Made by a program: the position numbers and the translations under genes | Origin: Laetmonice hystrix | Taxonomy: Eukaryota | NCBI GenBank assembly: GCA_965235115.1 | Contig: OZ249436.1 | Coordinates: 11,162,001 to 11,226,000 of the forward strand | Direction: 5' to 3' | DNA: 64,000 nt | Part shown: piece after piece, positions 1 to 9,886 of the stretch | Layout of the letters: each line of letters starts with the position of its first letter | Numbering within the stretch: position 1 is the stretch's first letter | The notes under the pieces: generated by a model | Databases searched by the model: none | Told to the model about the DNA's origin: nothing | The model's input: only the letters and a program-made list of their open reading frames with translations

Positions 1-146
1 ATCATTGTCAAGACTTACCACTGAAGCAATAAAATCGATGTCTTGGCTGAAACATCATGGAAACGAGTACCAATGAAGTGCCCCCGCATGTCTTATCAAA
101 GGTATTAAACCGAATAATTATGGCATATTGAACAAACAATATAGCA

Positions 147-537
147 GTGTGAATGTATGTGAATGATGACACGTGGAGGGTGGATTGAAGGGGTCGGGAC
201 GGTGTTGGCCGAGCCTGACGACATTGACGTGTTATTGACAGGTGTGTGAATGTGTGTGAATGATGACACGTGGAGGGTGGATTGAAGGGGTCGGGACGGT
301 GTTGGCCGAGCCTGACGACATTGACGTGTTATTGACAGGTGTGTGAATGTGTGTGAATGATGACACGTGGAGGGTGGATTGAAGGGGTCGGGACGGTGTT
401 GGCCGAGCCTGACGACATTGACGTGTTATTGACAGGTGTGTGAATGTGTGTGAATGATGACACGTGGAGGGTGAATTGAAGGGGTCGGGACGGTGTTGGC
501 TGAGCCTGACGACATTGACGTGTTATTGACAGGTGTG
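147..537. repeat. 97-bp tandem repeat x4 containing the ARNT splice acceptor
   Basis: ttattgacAG recurs with AG at 240, 337, 434 and 531. Confidence 0.95.
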
Positions 538-716
538 CAGATTGAACGTTCCGAGTCGGATGAGCCACACGGCAGCAGTCATTGCTGCCTGGTGGCCATC
601 GGACGACTACAGGTCACCTCAACCCCAAACTGTAGCGACCTGACGGGACCCAACACGGCAACCGAGTTCATCTCAAGGCACTCGGTTGACGGAAAGTTTA
701 CCTTCATTGATCAGAG
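533..716 (+). CDS. ARNT: ARNT exon (end of PAS-A, linker, start of PAS-B)
   Basis: ttattgacag acceptor, gtag donor; [28 protein letters not shown]...FTFIDQR. Confidence 0.93.
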
Positions 717-3700
717 GTAGGTAGTTTTTATCAGGGCTTACTTTGTAACTGTTTGTAGGCCATGATATTCAAAATGAGGCCATAGAAATTCGTTTGTCTT
801 TGATTAGTCGTTAATTGCTTACGGTAATGTTTTTGACAGAGTAACTTCAGTGTTAGGATACCAACCACAGGAAATTTTGGGAAAGTCGGCGTATGAATTT
901 TACCACCCTGAGGACCAGGCCCACATGAAAGAAAGCTTTGAACAAGGTCAGTATCCGTCCATGTAGTTGCCAGTATTCTTCCATTAGTTCGGTTAATTTT
1001 CTCCAGTATGAACTGGAGCGCTGTCGATGAAACCATGAGATTATTTGAGTAGACTGACGTAAGCCCGTTTGTCTGTGTGTCCCATGTAGTGCTGAAGCTG
1101 AAGGGTCAGGTGATGTCTACTATGTACCGATTCCGTGCCAAGAACAGGGAGTGGGTGTGGCTGCGTACGTCCAGTTTTAGCTTCCAGAACCCATACACGG
1201 ATGAGGTGGAATACATTGTCTGCACCAACTCTTCATCCAAGTAAGTTACTCCCGCCCGGTCCTACGGGTCTTTACTACCTCACGGCACAACTCGGGAACA
1301 ACACTCAACACCTACAGGTCTTTACTACCTCACGGCACAACTCGGGAACAGCACTCAACACCTACAGGTGTTTACTGCCCCACGGCACAACTCGGGAACA
1401 ACACTACACCTACAGGTCTTTACTACCTCACGGCACAACTCGGGAACAACACTAAACACCTACAGCAAAACTCTCCTAGAACGTCATTTGTAGACGTTAC
1501 AGGCACACTCCTAATTTTTTTTCATTTCCTCTTTTCGTGACTTTTTCCGTAAAGCAAGCTTTAGTCAACTGTGCATATCTTATGAACAGCTGAATCTGTT
1601 CACTCGGTAAAAGAGGTTGGAGCAGGCATCTACATCAAAGTCTTTTCTTATAGGTGGAAAAATAGGGATTTGGAATTAGGTTTCGGTGTGAAAATTTTAG
1701 AACCATTGTTCAAACCTAAAGTTGAGAATGATGGCGTTTTTCAGACGTGGAAGTAGTATCAGATATCCATCACTGTTTTCTGTTATATGGACAAATTATA
1801 AATGTATCTAAATTGCACCTTATATAAGATGTCACCTATAGCTCATACAACATGGCAATATCCTGTTACATTTTGAATAAGGAGTTGGTGATGATGTATA
1901 GAAACCAGTTTAGTAACTCCAGTTTCAACAACAGCTTGCCATTTAACTTTGCAATCGATACACTGTAAACGATAGGACTTCACTAAGCCTTGGGATGTTG
2001 AACTGAGAAACTTCTGTGAGTTCAACTTTTAATGTCTTAGTGTCCATGATCCAGGCAAAAGGGAGGTCTAGTTGGAAAGGTTAAATGCCGGAAAACAGGT
2101 GCCATTGCCATCAGTATGTAGTCTAGTAACGATGGTTGTGTTGAGGTGTGTGGTCTATACTGCAGGCAGTATGTAGTCTAGTAACGATAGTTGTGTTGAG
2201 GTGTGTGGTCTATACTGCAGGCAGTATGTAGTCTAGTAACGATGGTTGTGTGGTGTGTACTGCAGGCAGTATGTAGTCTAGTAACGATGGTTGTGTGGTG
2301 TGTACTGCAGGTTGTGTGGTGTGTACTGCAGGCAGTATGTAGTCTAGTAACGATGGTTGTGTGGTGTGTACTGCAGGTTGTGTGGTGTGTACTGCAGGCA
2401 GTATGTAGTCTAGGAACGACGGTTGTGTGGTGTGTACTGCAGGCAGTATGTAGTCTAGTAACGATGGTTGTGTGGTGTGTACTGCAGGCAGTATGTAGTC
2501 TAGTAACGATAGTTGTGTGGTGTGTACTGCAGGCAGTATGTAGTCTAGTAACGATGGTTGTGTGGTCAGGGTTTCCTGGAGATTTTCGACTTTTAGGGGG
2601 GAATGGTGCGAGTTTGGGGGGGGGGATAATAATGCAAAATATTTCCCCCTGGAAGTTTTTTGGGGGAGTAGCTGAATAATGGGGGGGTTCCCCCCCCCCC
2701 CCAAAAAAAAGGGCCTGCAGGAAAGCCTGGTTGTGTATACTGCAGGCAGTATGTAGTCTAGTAAGGATAGTTGTGTGGTGTGTACTACAGGCAGCATGTA
2801 GTCGAGTAACGTTAACGTATGTGGTGTGTACTACAGGCAGCATGTAGTCGAGTAACGTTAACGTATGTGGTGTGTACTACAGGCAGCAGAGTACGGCAGG
2901 CGGAGGGCCGACGACCGGCGACCCGGCAGCCTCCGACCAGACACCGGTCCTATCCTCCTACACCCGGCCTACTGAACCTGGTATCGGTATCCTCCAACCC
3001 AAACAGGACTACACAGACACCCGCTACTCTACCGACCTCTACCGGCCCATGATTCCCGGACAACAGATCACAGGTGACAACTTGTTTCTCTCTCTCATCA
3101 TTGTACGATCCCACAATCGATTCTTAGAGCGTTATTCTGCTGTCAGACAGTGAAAACGCCGTGAAAGAAAGGCGCTCTTATTCAGTTTCATTACAAAAAT
3201 GTACTGAAATACACACCAGCAGAACACCATGTTTAACCATGATGATATAGAGATCTTGAGATCTGGTCATTTATAGAAACACATCCAAATATATATATTT
3301 ATCTCCCTGTGGCAGGCCAGCAAGGGTTGTATAACTACCCGTCGGTGACCCCCAGTGTGAATGTGTCCATGTCGGGTATAGCCCCGTCCAGTGGTATGTC
3401 CCGGCGATCACCAACCCATTCCAGCACCTGGTCCGCCGCTTACAGACAACAGGTCAGTATCTATACATCGGTCACACACCCGTCTTACAGACAACAGGTC
3501 AGTATCCTATACATCAGTCACACACCCGTCTTACAGACAACAGGTCAGTATCCTATACATCAGTCACACACCCGTCTTACAGACAACAGGTCAGTGTCCT
3601 ATACATCAGTCACACACCCGTCTTACAGACAACAGGTCAGTATCTATACATCAGTCACACACCCGTCTTACAGACAACAGGTCAGTGTCCTATACATCAG

Positions 3701-5891
3701 TCACACACCCGTCTTACAGACAACAGGTCAGTGTCCTATACATCAGTCACACACCCGTCTTACAGACAACAGGTCAGTATCCTATACATCAGTCACACAC
3801 CCGTCTTACAGACAACAGGTCAGTATCCTATACATCAGTCACACACCCGTCTTACAGACAACAGGTCAGTATCCTATACATCAGTCACACACCCGTCTTA
3901 CAGACAACAGGTCAGTTTCCTATACATTAGCACACACCCGTCTTACAGACAACAGGTCAGTGTCCTATACATCGGTCACACACCCGTCTTACAGACAACA
4001 GGTCAGTGTCCTATACATCAGTCACACACCCGTCTTACAGACAACAGGTCAGTGTCCTATACATCAGTCACCCACCCGTCTTACAGACAACAGGTCAGTG
4101 TCCTATACATCAGTCACACACCCGTCTTACAGACAACAGGTCAGTGTCCTATACATCAGTCACACACCCGTCTTACAGACAACAGGTCAGTGTCCTATAC
4201 ATCAGTCACACACCCGTCTTACAGACAACAGGTCAGTATCCTATACATCAGTCACACACCCGTCTTACAGACAACAGGTCAGTATCCTATACATCAGTCA
4301 CACTGCCGTCTTACAGACAACAGGTCAGTATCCTATACATCAGTCACACTGCCGTCTTACAGACAACAGGTCAGTATCCTATACATCAGTCACACACCCG
4401 TCTTAGACAACAGGTCAGTATCCTATACATCAGTCACACTCCCGTCTTACAGACAACAGGTCAGTGTCCTATACATCAGTCACACACCCGTCTTACAGAC
4501 AACAGGTCAGTGTCCTATACATCAGTCACACACCCGTCTTACAGACAACAGGTCAGTGTCCTATCCATCAGTCACACACCCGTCTTACAGACAACAGGTC
4601 AGTATCCTATACATCAGTCACACACCCGTCTTACAGACAACAGGTCAGTATCCTATACATCAGTCACACACCCGTCTTACAGACAACAGGTCAGTATCCT
4701 ATACATCAGTCACACACCCGTCTTACAGACAACAGGTCAGTATCTATACATCAGTCACACACCCGTCTTAGACAACAGGTCAGTATCCTATACATCAGTC
4801 ACACACCCGTCTTACAGACAACAGGTCAGTTTCCTATACATCAGCACACACCCGTCTTACAGACAACAGGTCAGTGTCCTATACATCAGTCACACACCCG
4901 TCTTACAGACAACAGGTCAGTATCCTATACATCAGTCACACACCCGTTTTACATCCAGCACACTTTACATCCTTCAATAATAATACATGCTTATAAAACT
5001 TAAAAAAACAAATTTAATTTAATTATTATTGCTGTTTAACGTGGTGATTTTTAACCTCTGAGACCTTTCGGTTGATATTAACCAGATAATGTTAAGTTTC
5101 TATACAGGGCTTGCACCTATGCGAATTTCTATTCTGATATCAAATAGCAAGTTCATGTTTCGAGTTTGAACAAGATGTTATACAGCTCTTTTAGCAAAAA
5201 AAAAAAACATTAGAATTTCGAACTCAACATTGGTATATGATATGATTGTGAGAAGTGGGAAGTGGACTCGGATTTAACATGTATATGTTTGCAGACGGCC
5301 TCTGACTACACAGGCGCCCAGACAACCTTCAGTCAGATGAGTCCGTCTGGTTCAGGCTCTCCAGGTAGGCCATTACCATGTCATTATTATCAGCATCATT
5401 TTCTCCCTTATCAGAAGTATTTCTATTCTATGTAATCCAACATTGAGATATTGTATACGGATGTGATGCCCCGTGTTTATGACAGAAACATTGCTGACAT
5501 ACTTGGAGACATTTGTCATATTTACATGTAAACACTGTAGTGTTGTTCACAGAGTTATGTTTGTGTTTGACCAGCGGCACCCACCTACACCCAGCTAGGT
5601 ACAGGGAGCAGGGTTCCCACCACGCAGCAATCGGCCGGGACGTACAGTCAGCCAGGTACATCCTCTGTGTGGCCGCAGTGGCAGGCATCGACCGAGTCGG
5701 CCGCACAACAACAGGCTCAACAGCAACACCAACAACACACGCAGCAACAACAACAGGCACAGGTCGCACAACAGCACGCCCAGCCGGGCGCACAGGGAGG
5801 CCAGGAGTTCTCGGAAATGCTGCAGATTCTCGACAACTCGGGCGGCGAATTTTCCGATCTGTCTGGCATGTTTAATACATTCACAGAATAA
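533..5891 (+). CDS. ARNT: ARNT / HIF-1beta / tango bHLH-PAS transcription factor, 5'-partial; join(533..716,840..946,1090..1240,2883..3073,3316..3452,5295..5364,5575..5891)
   Basis: Translation gives [18 protein letters not shown]...[18 protein letters not shown] / [35 protein letters not shown] / [47 protein letters not shown] (ARNT PAS-B/PAC). The C-terminus WPQWQ...[10 protein letters not shown]...[13 protein letters not shown] resembles the ARNT transactivation tail. All introns are GT-AG, with matching phases (2,1,2,1,0,1). Exons total 1157 nt = 2 + 385 codons. Confidence 0.95.
840..946 (+). CDS. ARNT: ARNT exon (PAS-B)
   Basis: ttttgacag acceptor, gtcagt donor; [35 protein letters not shown]. 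Confidence 0.95.
1090..1240 (+). CDS. ARNT: ARNT exon (PAS-B/PAC)
   Basis: catgtag acceptor, gtaagt donor; [49 protein letters not shown]. Confidence 0.95.
1261..1466. repeat. ~50-bp tandem repeat x4
   Basis: Unit cctacaggtctttactacctcacggcacaactcgggaacaacactcaaca. Confidence 0.9.
2112..2886. repeat. ~45-bp minisatellite, MITE-interrupted, ending in an ARNT acceptor
   Basis: Unit gtgtggtgtgtactgcaggcagtatgtagtctagtaacgatggtt. Confidence 0.92.
2567..2729. mobile_element. MITE with CAGG termini (hAT-like) inserted in the minisatellite
   Basis: cagggtttcctg ... caggaaagcctg (11/12 inverted match), internal poly-G/poly-C; no clear TSD. Confidence 0.7.
2883..3073 (+). CDS. ARNT: ARNT exon (low-complexity C-terminal region)
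   Basis: actacag acceptor completes AA|G; open frame QQSTAGGG...PGQQIT; gtgac donor; phases fit both neighbours. Confidence 0.8.
3316..3452 (+). CDS. ARNT: ARNT exon (S/P-rich)
   Basis: ctgtggcag acceptor; [13 protein letters not shown]...TWSAAYRQQ; first CAG|gtcagt donor (alternative donors follow in the repeat array). Confidence 0.8.
3439..4950. repeat. 46-bp minisatellite, ~33 copies, spanning an ARNT exon/intron donor
   Basis: Unit cttacagacaacaggtcagtatcctatacatcagtcacacacccgt. Confidence 0.97.
5295..5364 (+). CDS. ARNT: ARNT small exon
   Basis: tttgcag acceptor, gtaggc donor; [23 protein letters not shown]; bridges phase 0 to phase 1. Confidence 0.8.
5575..5891 (+). CDS. ARNT: ARNT terminal coding exon (Q-rich transactivation domain)
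   Basis: tttgaccag acceptor; APTYTQLG...VWPQWQ...[29 protein letters not shown]. Confidence 0.9.
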
Positions 5892-6035
5892 GTCTACCAC
5901 TAACACGCGGCAAACAAGGGTATTGTGGGGGAGGGGGGAGAGAAACGTTATTCTAGTTTTATGTGTAGGAAGTTGTAATGGTGACATGTACGTAACTTAA
6001 TCCAAACTTCTTTTCTTCAGAGAACAAAAGGAACA

Positions 6036-6041
6036 AATAAA
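6036..6041 (+). promoter_or_regulatory. Candidate proximal polyadenylation signal of ARNT
   Basis: AATAAA ~145 nt after the stop codon; further AATAAA hexamers lie downstream, so usage is unknown. Confidence 0.3.
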
Positions 6042-9000
6042 GTTTCTTAACGTTTGAATTCCACAGTCATTTCATTCGTCACTCGTCAACAGTTGGGTTC
6101 TGTCTCCACTTAGATGATTAGATTACTATTAAAGAGAGTCCATCTTGGCAGGGATGCATCGTGGAAATTAAGAACAAATATAATGTATAAGAAATTTATA
6201 TATTGAAACAGAAGGTCAGTCATAAATGAAGGCGAGCTGAGATTTTTACGTAAGGAATTAATCCATACATCCGAGAGTAACAGGTACACATGTATTGCCC
6301 AATAAGGTTACACCAAGCGACCTGTTCGGTCAGGTTGTGTGTTTCCACATTATAATTTTTGGGACTAAGTGTGTTTGTCTCGTGTGTACGTGAATGTTTG
6401 AAGTGAACCATAGAATACGGAGAGGCCCGAGGGATATCGTTACCCTCGTCCTTTGTGTAAAATTGTGTCCAGGTGGTCATTTTAAGCATTTCTCCCCTTA
6501 TTTTCTTCACCCAAAAGGTAATAGATGTCCAATGCACTCAAATTAGCAATATTCTATATATATTGAGTATGATATATAAACAGTTAATCATATTATTATG
6601 ATATCTCGGTGGCATGTATACCGCTTACTTTAATATCCATGCTAAGTAACGTGTTGCTGATTATATGATAGCTTAAACAGAATTCTCTGGGCTTCGTGCC
6701 CCCCCCTTTTTTTATCCTACCAATGTTATTATTCTTTCCAGACTAAGAAACAAGAATTTGACAAATAGGTTCTGAAACCTTGTAGAGATCATTGTCGGCA
6801 TCGATACATGTAGTTCTAAATCTAAAGGGTTTTTTTCGCTTTGTCTAAAATCTTATTGCGGATACAGTAATAAGCTATCCAAATCCTGATTCCTGAGGGG
6901 GCGGATCGCTAGCAGTATATTTTTATAAGGAAATATGTCATTTAATGATTATTTCCACATTGCCATTTTTATCGAACAAACAAAAGATGTTTCAGTAACT
7001 CTTACGCTCTTAAATGATAAACCAGATCGTGACTGAAAAAAATTCCCAACAAATGATAGAAAATACACCGGTGCTTATGCAATGTATGGTTTGCCGTCAC
7101 TGACTGCCAAGGGTTCACCGTTTCTGGTAAATATAAATCGCCTAATAATATCAAATTGCTGCATCTGTATAGTAGCAATTTAATTTTTAAAAGTCCTATG
7201 TCATTTTGTGTACCAAGTACTTTGCATAAGAGATAGTTGTTTAAGACAGCCCTTTGATTTGAGAACAAGTGGACAGTTTTGGCTGTGTCTACTATTATGT
7301 GTACCCATTATAATGTTGTTGATCTCAGAAATGTCGCACGATGACTGAATTAACATTGTTTATTTCAAGGTTGGCGCTCGTGTCCCATTATAGCAGTTTC
7401 TTTGCTGATGCATACATATATTGGTACGTACAATGTATATGTGGAAGTGCATTATTGATTATGTCAGGTTTACCATATTGCCAACTACCATTGAGGTACG
7501 AATGAAAGGAGGAGCAGACTGTTGGTTCGAACCCAGTTTGATCTGTTTCAATCCCAAAGCTCCCCACCCCTGTCTGATTAGGTAGTAGGAAGATCACGGA
7601 AATAAAATCTTGATTAAAATGTTTGTTTCTATGGCTGAGTTCACATCTCCAGTATGGTTCCAAGCCTTCGGCTCTGATGAGATGAGACTTGAAGTAAATG
7701 AGAAATGTATCTTAGATATAGACAATAATATGGTCGAGTGCGGCCTGGTGGTTAATATCATGGATACCTCGCTAGGTGTCGCTAGGTGTCTGATTGTGGC
7801 CAGGGGTGGCGGGGTTGGAATTATCAGTGCGGAAAGATAACGAAGGAAGTTGTCAAAGACAATCAAAAATAAAGTATGTAATACTGAGAGATTGATGAGA
7901 TAAGAGGGGGTAATCACCCCCAATCTCTTGAAATGGTAAGGGTGAGGGTGAAATTTTAGGGCGAATGAATAAGTCTGCATGGACAGACAGATCCGTTGTT
8001 TAAAAAAAACGGTCAGGAAGAACCAAACGTCCAATGATAGAGGGAGTTTATCGACTGTGTAACCAAGATAACACCTATGTCACAAGTGCTTGTACTATTC
8101 GACCTATTGTTCGGGAAGTTTGCCACACAAACTCCATGTTCTCGAGACGGGGGCGGATAGGTATGTGTACGTACGAGACGTTACGTCAGGCAGCAGAGTT
8201 AAGCGTAACTTTGGAATGATAATATAGGCGATAAATTTTACTGTAGAACGTTTTCAAATTAATTACCAGTCTATACGTTGGAAGTAATTTCACCGTCAGA
8301 TATGTACCAGTGTACTATGAGAGGGTATTAAAATGTAGTATCGCTCGAGGTAAAAGCCTGCAGATAAAAAACTGATGGACAGGATTTATTATGGAGTGCT
8401 TAAAGTTTATAGATAATTTTTTAAACGGTCGTGAAAGTGCAGGATTTTACGGTTTTACATGGGCAAAGATGTGTATTGTACAAAATTATTCATGTTAGTT
8501 CATGATATGTATGGAGATCCTGTACGGATCGGGTATTTATGTACACAGCTGAAGCAGGTTGAGAACTAAATCCACGCCATATGTTATTTGTAACTGGTTC
8601 TAACATACAAACGTTTGCATCTGCATCAAACAGATTCAGCCATGTGCACAATTTTAAAGCGTCCCATTTTGACGCATACGTTCTTGTATCTATATGTATA
8701 TGTATCCATATACATAGACATATGATATCCATCCAAAATATTGTGTCTCTCAAATCCAGTGGTGATACCTTTAAAGGTATCGAATCCGTCGTTTTTGGTG
8801 TAAATCCTCTAGTTGTGGCTACTAGTCCGACTTGGTGTCAGCCTCGCTGGCCACATGAGATAGGGCTAACTGTCATAACCTGTGTCTGTACATGTAGGCT
8901 GTCAATCAAAACATGTTTAACATGCTGTGCTACGTCCATGTCACTGTATTGATGCAGCAAATAAATGTAGACGATATACAGAAGTATATCACTTGTTGGG

Positions 9001-9639
9001 TTTCGTTTTCCCCGCGACATTTTAACAATATTGTCAGTGTTTCCAATGCCCGCATATGTAGAAAGCTTTGCCTGGAGGTCTACTCGCCTTTAAACATAAC
9101 GAATCATGGGGGCCTAGGGTAAACATGCAACGGGTCACTGCCGTTTATTGGGGGGGGGGGGAGGGGGAGGGGGCGTATGTTTTTATGAATCCCACTTGAA
9201 ATTATAAACTCGTGGTGGAGTTCATTGTAATGAATACTCAAAGTCATGCAATACTTTTTTCATTCCGACCATTTAATAATGTACATAGTTACAATTCTGA
9301 ACCCAAAATATCCGGTCTGTCCATATTCAGTGTTCTAGCACAAAAGAACTTTACTCTGCGAAACGGACCAATAACAGACTGTTACGCTACTTTTTCTATA
9401 GGAATGTACATTATTTACAAACGTTATTTACAATGATAATCACAAACAAACAAAAAATGGCGGGCAACAATAATAGGCCTATTTCAATATTTTACTGACA
9501 GTGTTCTACCGACAGGACAGGTAACAAACGTCGCTGACGGTATACCACTTGACGTCATACCGTCAGAGCCACCTAGTGAGGATAGAGTTTGTGACCTGCC
9601 ATTGATGTTTGCCGAGTGCCGACTGACAAATAATGTATT

Positions 9640-9886
9640 TCAGTATTCATATGACGCGTATTGTGATTCCCAAGTCGTCCGGTAAGTTGTTTGTGTAGAA
9701 TATGAACTGCTACATGGGACAATATCACTTTGGCCCGGCACGACGCCTTGACACATTAACGGTAGGCCTACGTTGGACCGTTGGACTGATTGGTACGTTC
9801 CGCTAACAGTAGGTGGCGTCTGTGGTTGTCCTGGAGACGGTGAGGGGCTCGGGGCGGTGACACTGCTCTTTGCCGGCGAGATCCTT
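9640..9886 (-). CDS. FoxQ2: FoxQ2-like paralog 1, terminal coding exon
   Basis: ttttctttgtag acceptor, phase 2; RISPAKSSVTAPSPSP...WESQYASYEY*. Confidence 0.78.

Noticed and set aside
2178..2843. Overlapping 158-221-aa ORFs on both strands
   Set aside because: Products of the 45-bp repeat and the MITE inside an ARNT intron.
3309..5003. Long + strand ORFs (365, 346 and 324 aa) as independent genes
   Set aside because: They are translations of the 46-bp intronic minisatellite; only 3316-3452 is supported as an exon.
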